Sequence record: PQ741806.1 | DNA: 64,000 nt | Strand: one strand, 5' to 3' | In this document: positions 1 through 9,214 of the stretch, in pieces | How positions within the stretch are numbered: position 1 is the first letter of the stretch | Layout of the letters: the number at the start of each line of letters is the position of its first letter | Notes under the pieces: generated by a model | Databases searched by the model: none | What the model was told of the DNA's origin: nothing | What the model saw: only the letters and a program-made list of their open reading frames with translations | Made by a program: the position numbers and the translations under genes

Positions 1-2154
1 ATGGACGTTATACTTTTCAATAGTGATTGGGATAAATACTACAGCGCTAGTGTTGATCTTACTACTAAAAATAAATCTTTTATAAAGTTAGCCTTGACTT
101 ATAAAAAGATGGGTATTAAAAATTACAAATTTATACTAGCTATATTGGACCAAGGTTTAATTGGGGTGGATCCATATGACCCTAATCTTAGCGAAGAAAT
201 GAAGTTTCGTATTAACATGGAATGCAAATATAATCCTTGGTATTTTTTTAGGGAAGTGGCAAGAATCCCCCCTAACTCGGGTAATAATCCAATTCCATTC
301 CAAGCTAACCGTGGTAATATTGCTTTATTCTGGTGTTATTTCAATCACGTAGATTTTGGTTTATTACAGCCTCGTCAGACAGGTAAGTCCGTATCAACTG
401 ACGTGCTCAATACAGGCATGATGTATATCTGGGGTGAGAACACTAAGATTAACCTTATTACTAAAGATAACAAACTACGCAATGCTAACATCGAGCGTCT
501 AAAAGTAATGCGTGATTTGTTACCAGAGTATATCCACTATACTGATCCATTAGATGCGGATAACTCCGAATTGATGACATGTATTAGATTAGGTAATAGG
601 TATCTAACAGCTGTTGGTCGAAATGATGTTAACGCAGCTGATAAATTAGGTCGTGGTCTTACAGTACCAAATATGCACTTTGACGAACTTGCATATATTA
701 ATTTAATTGGTGTTTCACTACCTGTTGCACTTGCGTCAGGTTCAGCAGCTCGTGATGAAGCTCGCCGTGAGAACCAGCCTTATGGTAACATCTATACAAC
801 TACAGCTGGTAACATCACTACCCGTGATGGTGAATTTGCATATCACTTCTTAACAGGTGGCTGCCCATGGTCAGAGGAATTCTTTGATCTACCAGATCAG
901 AAAACTCTACATCGTGTTGTAGAAAAAGGCACTACTGGAAAGAAACCTCTAGTTTATGGTGCATTTAACCACCGTCAATTAGGACGTACCGATGAGTGGT
1001 TATATAACACACTTCGTGAATCAGGTTCATTCGGTGAAATTGCCGATAGGGACTTCTTCAATATTTGGACAGTTGGTGGTGAAGGTTCACCCTTATCATC
1101 AGATGAGAAAGATAAACTTAAAAACAATATGCGTGAGCCAAGCTGGACAGAAATCACGGATGATGGTTATACACTTCGTTGGTATATACCAAAAGATGAA
1201 GTAGCCTCACGGATGATGAAGGGTAGGTTCGTTATGGGTACCGACCCATCTGAACTTCTTGGTGAAGATAATGACGCCACTGGCACAGTTGTAGTTGACG
1301 TAGAAACACATGAGGTTATGTGTGTTGGTAGATACAATGAATCATCAGTGCCATCAATGGGTAATTTCTTTGCAACAATGCTATTGAGATATCCTAATAT
1401 TCTTTGGATACCAGAACGTAAATCAATAGGTATATCGTTAATTGACCATGTTATCTTGATTCTACATACTAAAGGAGTAGATCCATTCCGGCGTATCTTT
1501 AACAGAATTGTCAATGAATCATCAGAAAGAGAAAATGATTTCAGAGACATTCAGACTCCGCTATCAGCAAGACAACCATCGTTCTATGATAGGTTTAAAC
1601 GTTATTTTGGTTATGCAACGTCAGGTACTGGTGAGTATTCTCGTGATAATCTATTTAAGGTGGCATTACCATCAGCAATGCATTATGGGGTAAGGACCAT
1701 CTATGATAAACCACTTAGCACGGAGTTATTAGCACTTACTATCCGTAATGGTAGAATTGACCATGCTAAGGGGAACCATGACGACTTAGTGGTATCATTA
1801 TTATTAGCCCACTGGTTATTAATACAAGGTAAGAATTTATCTTATTATGGTATCAATGTTCCCATCTTAGGTAAATCAAAATTACGTGATAAAGAACCAA
1901 GTCAACTTGAAAAATATCATGAAGAGAAAGAACAGCAAGGTCGCAAAGAATTTGAAGAGATAATTGAGCAGCTTCGCGGTGAAAAGAACCCGATGATTGC
2001 AGCTAAATTAGAAATGCGTTTGAAACAATTGTCTAAACGTGTTAATATTGATGATAGCAGTGGTGTAGGTATTGATGCCATGTTAAATCAAGCTCGTGCA
2101 GAGCGTACACGTAGAGTGCGTATTAACAGATATTCTAGAAATAGTTGGTATTAA
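1..2154 (+). CDS. terL: Terminase large subunit (phiKZ gp25-like)
   Basis: Walker A PRQTGKS, Walker B MHFDE, RNase H-like nuclease acidic motifs GTDPSE and NHDDLVV; 717 aa, no intein or intron visible. Confidence 0.93.
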   Translation: MDVILFNSDWDKYYSASVDLTTKNKSFIKLALTYKKMGIKNYKFILAILDQGLIGVDPYDPNLSEEMKFRINMECKYNPWYFFREVARIPPNSGNNPIPFQANRGNIALFWCYFNHVDFGLLQPRQTGKSVSTDVLNTGMMYIWGENTKINLITKDNKLRNANIERLKVMRDLLPEYIHYTDPLDADNSELMTCIRLGNRYLTAVGRNDVNAADKLGRGLTVPNMHFDELAYINLIGVSLPVALASGSAARDEARRENQPYGNIYTTTAGNITTRDGEFAYHFLTGGCPWSEEFFDLPDQKTLHRVVEKGTTGKKPLVYGAFNHRQLGRTDEWLYNTLRESGSFGEIADRDFFNIWTVGGEGSPLSSDEKDKLKNNMREPSWTEITDDGYTLRWYIPKDEVASRMMKGRFVMGTDPSELLGEDNDATGTVVVDVETHEVMCVGRYNESSVPSMGNFFATMLLRYPNILWIPERKSIGISLIDHVILILHTKGVDPFRRIFNRIVNESSERENDFRDIQTPLSARQPSFYDRFKRYFGYATSGTGEYSRDNLFKVALPSAMHYGVRTIYDKPLSTELLALTIRNGRIDHAKGNHDDLVVSLLLAHWLLIQGKNLSYYGINVPILGKSKLRDKEPSQLEKYHEEKEQQGRKEFEEIIEQLRGEKNPMIAAKLEMRLKQLSKRVNIDDSSGVGIDAMLNQARAERTRRVRINRYSRNSWY

Positions 2155-2176
2155 ACAAAAAAAAATAATAATACGT

Positions 2177-2201
2177 TACCCTCTTCGCAATGAAGAGGGT
2201 A
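2177..2201. terminator. Bidirectional intrinsic terminator
   Basis: TACCCTCTTC-gcaat-GAAGAGGGTA between convergent genes. Confidence 0.85.
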
Positions 2202-2208
2202 TTTGAAG

Positions 2209-2556
2209 TTAAGCAACTCTAGCGAACAAAAGATTACTGGAGTTAGAATTAATATGATAGTTAGACGATCCGTCAATCCATTTAGCATCGGAAAGCTTGT
2301 TTACAAGCTGACCATTGCCAATGTAACCAAGGAACATCTTACCATCGTATACAGCAACTTTGATTTGCTCATTTCGCCCATAGACGATCGGCTTACCATT
2401 GAATGCTGTTACCTCTAGACCAGTCAAGTACCCGTGGTGGGGATCTGGTCTGGAACTTGTTTCAAAGACTTTCATTAGGAGTCTCCTCTGCAAGTGGGCC
2501 CATTTGGGCAAAAAGTCAAGCTTAAACTTGACGACATATAGCCCTCCTGGTTGCAC
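2209..2556 (-). CDS. Hypothetical protein
   Basis: 115-aa ORF ending at the terminator. Confidence 0.55.
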   Translation of the reverse strand: MQPGGLYVVKFKLDFLPKWAHLQRRLLMKVFETSSRPDPHHGYLTGLEVTAFNGKPIVYGRNEQIKVAVYDGKMFLGYIGNGQLVNKLSDAKWIDGSSNYHINSNSSNLLFARVA

Positions 2557-2728
2557 AGGAGGGCTAATCTTTTCAGAACGTACGGTGTTGTTATAATACT
2601 GCTAGTGAAAATGCCCACGAGGGGTAAGTAGCTAATCCGCAGTTCTCTTGGACGACACCTGCTGACAGTGTAGTCGCGAATGCACTGTTTGGAACCCCAT
2701 TGGTTTAGCGGCCAATGGGGATTTCCTT

Positions 2729-3166
2729 TTATGCCGCTTCGGACTTCTGTTTAACAGGTTTCTTGTACTTCCACTTGTACAGTTGGTGCAGGATGAAACT
2801 CGGAAGACCCAGTGCCAGTACACCAGCGACGGCTGTACCGACAATCTCTTGGAGAGTGATTGCATTGAACTCGGTGCCGAAAACAACCTGAGTAATGATA
2901 ATGATCATCAAACCGATCAGAGTGGTGATCCATAGACGTGGATGCAAGGAACGACTCAGACGAAGCCCTGGAGCAGAAACGCGTTCCATCCGAGTAGACC
3001 AGGTGTGGTTACGGTAGTACATCATGTCAGTGAAGTAATCACTGTAGATGTGCAGCAGTTCTCCACGTTGATCACCGGTACCATGAGCCAAGCCATGGTA
3101 GTAGTAAATACCACCATCTTCTTTGTGGGTGTAAAGTTCAGCGTTGTCTTTGGTATACATCGACAT
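2729..3166 (-). CDS. Membrane protein with DUF1653-like N-terminus
   Basis: YTHKEDGGIYYYHGLAH resembles the DUF1653 YxHxKGxxY motif; two C-terminal hydrophobic helices. Confidence 0.6.
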   Translation of the reverse strand: MSMYTKDNAELYTHKEDGGIYYYHGLAHGTGDQRGELLHIYSDYFTDMMYYRNHTWSTRMERVSAPGLRLSRSLHPRLWITTLIGLMIIIITQVVFGTEFNAITLQEIVGTAVAGVLALGLPSFILHQLYKWKYKKPVKQKSEAA

Positions 3167-3171
3167 TTTTA

Positions 3172-3438
3172 TTACTCCGGCATTCCAGTGTGCACAAGAG
3201 AATTGAAACGAACATCGAACGTATCGTACATATCCGATGTTAGTTCCTCGAAGACTGGACTATCCATGAAGGCTTCCAGTGCGCGGCGAGCTGCAAGACG
3301 CTTATCACCTTCACCATTAGCTCCGGGATAAACCGAATTACCCTCGCCAGGCTTGGCAAAGCCGTCAAAGATATGCGACTCGCCTTCACGGTCAGTCACA
3401 GTTGCTTTAACGGAATAACCCATGTAACGGAGTCCCAT
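3172..3438 (-). CDS. Hypothetical protein
   Basis: ORF in tightly packed operon. Confidence 0.75.
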   Translation of the reverse strand: MGLRYMGYSVKATVTDREGESHIFDGFAKPGEGNSVYPGANGEGDKRLAARRALEAFMDSPVFEELTSDMYDTFDVRFNSLVHTGMPE

Positions 3439-3680
3439 TATTCATCCCATCCTTTTACTTCGTACCAGAGACAGGCACTATTGTATTCAACAATGTAACC
3501 GTCTTTACGGAGGATTTCCGCTTGACGATTATTCATCTTCCCTTCAACTGGCGTGTTCTCGTTGCTGTAATCGAAGTTTACCTCTGAATCACCAGCGAGC
3601 GCCCGTTGCTTAATTTTAGCATGGATTGATTCCATACCAGCTTCTTTATAAAGAAGTTCACGCAGCTCTTGTAATGTCAT
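3438..3680 (-). CDS. Hypothetical protein
   Basis: Stop/start overlaps with neighbours. Confidence 0.8.
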   Translation of the reverse strand: MTLQELRELLYKEAGMESIHAKIKQRALAGDSEVNFDYSNENTPVEGKMNNRQAEILRKDGYIVEYNSACLWYEVKGWDE

Positions 3681-3886
3681 GTAACTACTCCTACAATAAA
3701 GACTCGACTGATTTCATTGAGATAAGCGAGCACTAGAAGAATACCTGTCCAGATAGCGATATTCAGTGTAGTACGCTTCTCTTCCAATCCAGGATTAGTG
3801 GAATTAACTATTCGATGACAGAAAGCACCGAATAAACCAAGACCCATCGCCACGAAGATGATGGTGAACCAACTAAGGTAGATCAT
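3677..3886 (-). CDS. Two-TM small membrane protein (paralogue of 6365..6583)
   Basis: Two hydrophobic helices; shares WFTIIFV, FCHR and LAYLNEISRV with 6365..6583. Confidence 0.85.
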   Translation of the reverse strand: MIYLSWFTIIFVAMGLGLFGAFCHRIVNSTNPGLEEKRTTLNIAIWTGILLVLAYLNEISRVFIVGVVT

Positions 3887-4437
3887 TGCTGTTGCACCGG
3901 GGTAAGTTGTTTGAGGGCATTGATGATACGGTGAACAGTATCACGTGCCAACTCGCGATTGTGGAAGTTATTGGAAATCTGATACTGAAGCTCTACTTCG
4001 CCCGTTTCCGAGTTCCGATCGAAATCTTTTACAGTGTAACTGCTATCCAAGATAGCTTCCACCATTTCGTCGTTAAGTTTGAACTCGGCAATCGTTGGCG
4101 AAACTAAACGCCCCTGGAGATTTCTGATGACCTCGTTACGGAACGCGATGGCGCCTTCTGCAATCTCCAGTCGTTCTTCAACAGAGATGAACGGGTTCTT
4201 CCAGAGTTCGGTTTCCATTGTAGGGCGAACAGAAGCTTTCTCCCATGCAATGCACCAGTAGAACCAACGTTCTTGAATTTCTTCGTTGGCTTTATCGAAT
4301 GCTGTTATCGCGTTTTTATTACGGTGACAATCCAGAGGATGAGTAGCCTTCGGAAGCCAGGTGTCAGTCTTCTCACAGTAAACGAAACGATCAACACCAG
4401 GGGTCACTGCTTGGAATTCCTTCAATTTTTTGTCCAT
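3883..4437 (-). CDS. Hypothetical protein
   Basis: 184-aa ORF, ATGA-coupled. Confidence 0.8.
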   Translation of the reverse strand: MDKKLKEFQAVTPGVDRFVYCEKTDTWLPKATHPLDCHRNKNAITAFDKANEEIQERWFYWCIAWEKASVRPTMETELWKNPFISVEERLEIAEGAIAFRNEVIRNLQGRLVSPTIAEFKLNDEMVEAILDSSYTVKDFDRNSETGEVELQYQISNNFHNRELARDTVHRIINALKQLTPVQQQ

Positions 4438-4444
4438 GATGACC

Positions 4445-4780
4445 TCAGATATTTACCATGTTCATAAATTCGGTGTAGTTGTAGCCGGTATTCATATCGA
4501 GGTAGTCTTGTTCGACCATGTCGTCATTCAGGTACTTGACGTAAGCCTCGGCGTGAGCAGTGGCTACCGACTTGGTGAAGAAGTAACGAGCGTGTTGACG
4601 GTTCTGTTCGAATCGACGCAGATTAGTAGTGGCCTGACCGCCGAAACCATTGACCTCCATTACCCCGTAAACAGTACGATCATCCAAAGTAGTGATCTGT
4701 GCAATCACTACACGAGAAGCATTTTCCGAATGGTCGATGAACGTCATACTGTAAATCTCGATTTCTTTGAAGTCTTCCAT
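4445..4780 (-). CDS. Hypothetical protein
   Basis: 111-aa ORF with AGGA RBS. Confidence 0.8.
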   Translation of the reverse strand: MEDFKEIEIYSMTFIDHSENASRVVIAQITTLDDRTVYGVMEVNGFGGQATTNLRRFEQNRQHARYFFTKSVATAHAEAYVKYLNDDMVEQDYLDMNTGYNYTEFMNMVNI

Positions 4781-4926
4781 TAGAATTTCCTGTTAAGAAA
4801 TGAATAGACAATCCCTACCCGAAGGGAGGGGCCTTATATCGTTACTTGCTGTGAAGATTTTTCTCGCGTACAGCGTCTGTTAACTGACGTGGCGGGTTGA
4901 GTTGATCTGACAGGAGCTTCCGGAGG

Positions 4927-5184
4927 TTATCCAGACCGATTACTTTCTTCTTGGATATTGAGATTATTCTCTTTAAGTAATTTGTTGAGGTGGTATTTAA
5001 CCTCCACCCATTCTAACCTACCCACGTCAATCCACTTCCGATAACCAGGAGCAGCAGGTTTGAGGACCTGGGTTTTCCAGCGCTGAAATCGGAAGTTGCC
5101 GACACGGATATCGGTGCTCTCAACAAAGCGAGGTGGGAGTATACCGAGGTCAGTCAGTATCCCTCGTAGCTTGTTAGAGTTCAT
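4927..5184 (-). CDS. Hypothetical protein
   Basis: 85-aa ORF. Confidence 0.7.
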   Translation of the reverse strand: MNSNKLRGILTDLGILPPRFVESTDIRVGNFRFQRWKTQVLKPAAPGYRKWIDVGRLEWVEVKYHLNKLLKENNLNIQEESNRSG

Positions 5185-5324
5185 CAGTAAGAACGCCTTG
5201 AGTTTCGAACACCGAAATGATCGATCATTCGTTGGAACAACTTGCCAAACGAGAACTTTTCATACTCGCAGTCGATATGGAGGACATCAACGGTGTCCAC
5301 CGGTGGATTATAACTACTGCTCAT
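5184..5324 (-). CDS. Small hypothetical protein
   Basis: Start re-set to ATG 5324 (MSSSYNPP), coupled to the upstream stop. Confidence 0.55.
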   Translation of the reverse strand: MSSSYNPPVDTVDVLHIDCEYEKFSFGKLFQRMIDHFGVRNSRRSY

Positions 5325-5652
5325 TGGCCATCTCCTTACGTTTGTTTTTGGCCCAGTTCTTTTCATAATCGGAACGGATGAACTTAGCGCCGGCGGCATT
5401 TAGCCAGTAACGCTCCCCTTTGAAATAACGTTCTCGTTTAGCACGGGTCAAGCGAAGAGGATCGAACATATCTTGTTCCTGACACATGAATCGATTACGC
5501 AAGAAGCAGTTATCATTCAGGATTCGAACCGAGTACAGTTGACCAAGCCGGCAGTTAGCCAACTCAGCTTTCTCGGTACGTAGCCGAGTTTCGTATTTCT
5601 TTGCATCTTCGTGATGATTGCGAGGATGTTTCTTTCCAAGTTTCCTAGACAT
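5314..5652 (-). CDS. Basic hypothetical protein
   Basis: 112-aa Lys/Arg-rich ORF. Confidence 0.75.
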   Translation of the reverse strand: MSRKLGKKHPRNHHEDAKKYETRLRTEKAELANCRLGQLYSVRILNDNCFLRNRFMCQEQDMFDPLRLTRAKRERYFKGERYWLNAAGAKFIRSDYEKNWAKNKRKEMANEQ

Positions 5653-5663
5653 TATGTTTTTTC

Positions 5664-5969
5664 CTATTCTGTTGTTTTACGAAAAATCTTATCATGGAAC
5701 GTCATTGCCAACACGACGCCTATCGAACCACCTAGACCGCTGGATATGATAGCAGGAAGACCCACTATTACAAATAGTCCAATGGTGGTCAACTCAAGGG
5801 TACTGATACCCCATGAGGTGAAGAAAGCAGCTTTTTTGTACCCATGAAAGATGTTTCTTTGTTGAAAGGTTTTTACAAAGGCATAGATGAATGATGTAGC
5901 TGTACTTAACAGTAGTAATATCCAGATAGGTAGATCATGATTAATGTTAATCACTTCTCTTGTTCCCAC
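5664..5969 (-). CDS. Membrane protein
   Basis: Three hydrophobic segments. Confidence 0.7.
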   Translation of the reverse strand: MGTREVININHDLPIWILLLLSTATSFIYAFVKTFQQRNIFHGYKKAAFFTSWGISTLELTTIGLFVIVGLPAIISSGLGGSIGVVLAMTFHDKIFRKTTE

Positions 5970-6019
5970 ACGGTGGGCTCACATTTAGTATGTTGGACAT
6001 TATGATTATCTTCCAGTTG

Positions 6020-6307
6020 TTAGATATTGTGTTCCTTCGTATCGATGGCCGCCAGTGCCAAGATTTCGACATGATAAGGATGATCCACATTATGGCTGAT
6101 ACATGCCTCGCATTTGAAGATACGCCACATTCCATACGAAGGCAGCTCGCGGTTTTTCACATAAACGTAGTCGTGCGCTGCCACGAGGTATTTTTGTTGA
6201 ATCGAGAATTCACAAGTGATGTAACCTTTTTCACGGATGAATTCTTGAGTCATCTGATCAAAAGTCTGTTTGAGTTCATCAGTAAGAGCGACTTGGGTTT
6301 CGAACAT
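6020..6307 (-). CDS. Hypothetical protein
   Basis: 95-aa ORF with AAGGA RBS. Confidence 0.75.
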   Translation of the reverse strand: MFETQVALTDELKQTFDQMTQEFIREKGYITCEFSIQQKYLVAAHDYVYVKNRELPSYGMWRIFKCEACISHNVDHPYHVEILALAAIDTKEHNI

Positions 6308-6364
6308 TGAAATATTCCTTTTGATATATTAAATAGTTTTGATTATTTCGGAGTTATTGAATAT

Positions 6365-6583
6365 TTAGGTTACCATCTGCTCTATATAGACTCGGCTGAT
6401 TTCATTTAAGTAAGCGAGTGCCAATAGAATACCAGCCCAAATAACAATTTTTCGAGTAGTCTGTTTTTCTATTACACCTGGGTGTGATTCACGAATACTA
6501 CGGTGACAAAATACATAAAACAGACATAGACTCATTGTAACAAAGATAATGGTAAACCATCCCAGATAGATCATTTTCTTCAC
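6365..6583 (-). CDS. Two-TM small membrane protein (paralogue of 3677..3886)
   Basis: Clear alignment to 3677..3886. Confidence 0.85.
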   Translation of the reverse strand: MKKMIYLGWFTIIFVTMSLCLFYVFCHRSIRESHPGVIEKQTTRKIVIWAGILLALAYLNEISRVYIEQMVT

Positions 6584-6603
6584 CTATTTTTTATAAATAG
6601 AGT

Positions 6604-6933
6604 TTATAGTTTAGTTAGGCGGATGATTTCTTCTAAAGCTGCATCAACTTGATAATACGGCCATGAATCAACACGAGGTTCGTTATCAAAGTATGTCCAA
6701 AGTTGAATACCTTGGAGTTTATTGTAGAATACATTGATTCTGATTCCTTCATGGCCAACAAGACCTTCAATGTAAGCTGCACCATGCACATACGTAACAT
6801 GTAGTGCGTACTCGCTATCTTCACCAGCGTATTGCATAGGTCTGGAGTAGATGAAGGAATAAGGATTAAATGGATCAGCCTGAGTGATATGTTCGAAGAA
6901 TTCTTTCAAACTAGATTTTTTCATATTGGACAT
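6604..6933 (-). CDS. Hypothetical protein
   Basis: 109-aa ORF with GAGGA RBS. Confidence 0.8.
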   Translation of the reverse strand: MSNMKKSSLKEFFEHITQADPFNPYSFIYSRPMQYAGEDSEYALHVTYVHGAAYIEGLVGHEGIRINVFYNKLQGIQLWTYFDNEPRVDSWPYYQVDAALEEIIRLTKL

Positions 6934-6995
6934 TATATTTTCCTCATGATTTATTAAGTATACCTCCTAGAAGATAGACTTAATACTATTCGATG

Positions 6996-7388
6996 TTATT
7001 TTAAGACACCTGCCTTGTAACCTTTAACAACAGTTCTAGCTTCTAATGCACTGATTTCGCCAATGTGTTTACGCAGTGCTTTAATAGCGTTGATGGTAGG
7101 TTCATTATCCGCGATATGTCGCCAGTTTCCCTTACCCTTAATGAGTTCAACATCCTGGACATATAGACCATCTTTAACTAGATCCATTGTTTCTACCAAC
7201 TTTTCGACTTCTTTAGTTAGATGCGTATGAAGACTGGCGAGGGACATGTCAGTCATTTGATGCACATTATAGAGAAAATCCCTATTATCAGAAGACGATA
7301 AAATTTCTTTGGTGAGTTTATTTACAGTGTCAATGTTTGCTGCAATTGAAACTAGCAGTGCGGCATATTTCTCTGCATTATAATTCAT
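6996..7388 (-). CDS. Protein with C-terminal ribosomal L7/L12 CTD-like motif
   Basis: TINAIKALRKHIGEISALEARTVVK aligns to bL12 KVAVIKAVRxxTGLGLKEAKDLVE. Confidence 0.65.
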   Translation of the reverse strand: MNYNAEKYAALLVSIAANIDTVNKLTKEILSSSDNRDFLYNVHQMTDMSLASLHTHLTKEVEKLVETMDLVKDGLYVQDVELIKGKGNWRHIADNEPTINAIKALRKHIGEISALEARTVVKGYKAGVLK

Positions 7389-7416
7389 TAATACGTATTC
7401 CTATTTAAAATTGGAT

Positions 7417-7560
7417 TTAGTGTAATGCGGTAATACTGCGAATATCTAATTCATGTAAATCATATTTCTTTAGGAACTCATTCACCGCTTGCTGAATGGT
7501 GTACCCACTCGGAGATTCCCACTGAGTACCATTAAAAGCAATAATGCGATAACCTACCAT
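7417..7560 (-). CDS. Small hypothetical protein (47 aa, not in ORF track)
   Basis: MVGYRIIAFNGTQWESPSG... with GAGGA RBS, fills the gap. Confidence 0.65.
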   Translation of the reverse strand: MVGYRIIAFNGTQWESPSGYTIQQAVNEFLKKYDLHELDIRSITALH

Positions 7561-7583
7561 TTTTTATTCCTCTAATCACAAAA

Positions 7584-7611
7584 TAAATACCCTCCCGAAG
7601 GAGGGTATTTA
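7584..7611 (-). terminator. Intrinsic terminator
   Basis: TAAATACCCTCC-cgaa-GGAGGGTATTTA. Confidence 0.85.
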
Positions 7612-7616
7612 TATCG

Positions 7617-8096
7617 TTACCAATTGATTACAGCGACAAACTCAAATACCCGACACAATTCTTTATCACGATGGGCATGATGAAAAGATTTACCTTCAAT
7701 ACCGCAATACGGATAAAACAATTTTCGGTGTTCCGTGTCGCCGAACCAGAAGGTGGTGTTATTGGAATCAACCACACCATGGATAGCCACATCACGAATG
7801 TACTGAAATACATGAACTGCCTTATCAGTGATCACTCGAAGTTCTACACCGTGTTCCTTCATCATAGCCAGGATGTCTTCCTTGGTGTAATCTGCTTGTT
7901 CAGCATTGGTCATGATCTTGTGAGTCAGAGAACGCTTTTCCTTGTCACCGAAACAGATACAGACCAATTGCACCAACTGACCTTCTACCTTGAGACCACT
8001 GGTCGGTTTTAGTAGAACGAACTCATCATATTTGTAATCATTGGTGACAATCAGTGCCGACTTATTGCGAGTGACAATGCCTAGGTTATACGACAT
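7617..8096 (-). CDS. Hypothetical protein
   Basis: 159-aa ORF. Confidence 0.8.
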   Translation of the reverse strand: MSYNLGIVTRNKSALIVTNDYKYDEFVLLKPTSGLKVEGQLVQLVCICFGDKEKRSLTHKIMTNAEQADYTKEDILAMMKEHGVELRVITDKAVHVFQYIRDVAIHGVVDSNNTTFWFGDTEHRKLFYPYCGIEGKSFHHAHRDKELCRVFEFVAVINW

Positions 8097-8108
8097 AATT
8101 AATCTTCC

Positions 8109-9110
8109 TCATTTTAGAATATGTTGAACCTTGTGGATGTCTTCCAGGCTATGACCAAGACCAGTGGCTTTGTAAGAATGTTCCTGATCAACACGCTTGT
8201 GATATGCAAGCAGTGCATCTACTGGATGTTCAGCGAAGAAGTATTCAGTGTTGTTGCAGTCCCAAGCGAACTCCCATTCACCATCACGAATCTCTATTTT
8301 GTTAGCACTGAGGTAAGTGATATTGATGGTATTTACAGTGGCATTACCACCAATGAGGTAGTACGATCCTTCATTGCTACGAACATCGATCCTGCCGCCA
8401 TCGATAGTATCCTGATAGTAGAAACCACGGTCGAAGAATAACTTCAGCATCGAAGTGAAGTAGCTGTTCAATACAGCTTGAGCATCTTTCTCTTCGACCA
8501 CCCATTTTCCATCAACGATGTTATTCAGGTAATTACGATCATGATTGATCCCGACATTATCCACGATGTCAGCGTAGTTCTTATGGAACTTAGCAATCTC
8601 GTACAAACGTTCCAGAGCAGCAAAACGGAAAGGGCTGGTGGGATGCAGAGCCAGAATGATCCGACCTACGCTCCACAAACCGGTCCCGTTGACCTCGTAA
8701 CTTTCTTCGAGGTAACCTTTGATACCACAGTTAACTTCAAGTTCATCTGCTGGGAAACCGGTGCGGAGCCGCCTACGGATAGCCAATAGTACCGATTCGG
8801 ATTCTTCCGGATCGAACAGGTCTATGCCGAAAGTAATCCAGCTACCACGTACTTTGTGCTGGTATGCCAGGCGTACAGTATCACCGAATGGAGAAATGAA
8901 CCAGCGTTCGTCTTCCGATACGACCAAATGGCAACCACATTGCCACAGGGTACTTAGAGGATCGTTAGAGGCGAGAATGCGCTTGGTGTCGTTCATATCC
9001 GACGAAGTAGCATCTGGACTGCCATGTAGGTGTGTCAGAATAAACAGAAGCGATGATTCTGTAGTTTGAGCACTCAACATTGCGCGAGTGATGGTTGCAT
9101 TGATGATCAT
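8109..9110 (-). CDS. Hypothetical protein
   Basis: 333-aa ORF with AAGGAG RBS. Confidence 0.85.
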   Translation of the reverse strand: MIINATITRAMLSAQTTESSLLFILTHLHGSPDATSSDMNDTKRILASNDPLSTLWQCGCHLVVSEDERWFISPFGDTVRLAYQHKVRGSWITFGIDLFDPEESESVLLAIRRRLRTGFPADELEVNCGIKGYLEESYEVNGTGLWSVGRIILALHPTSPFRFAALERLYEIAKFHKNYADIVDNVGINHDRNYLNNIVDGKWVVEEKDAQAVLNSYFTSMLKLFFDRGFYYQDTIDGGRIDVRSNEGSYYLIGGNATVNTINITYLSANKIEIRDGEWEFAWDCNNTEYFFAEHPVDALLAYHKRVDQEHSYKATGLGHSLEDIHKVQHILK

Positions 9111-9181
9111 GAGATATCTTCCTTTTTACAGTTTATGAATATATTGCTAAATAAAAAAATATTACGATGTAGAAAATAAAA

Positions 9182-9199
9182 GGGAGTCCGAAGACTCCC
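9182..9199 (-). terminator. Intrinsic terminator
   Basis: GGGAGTC-cgaa-GACTCCC with A-tract on + strand. Confidence 0.8.
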
Positions 9200-9214
9200 A
9201 TTATTGCGTGTAAT

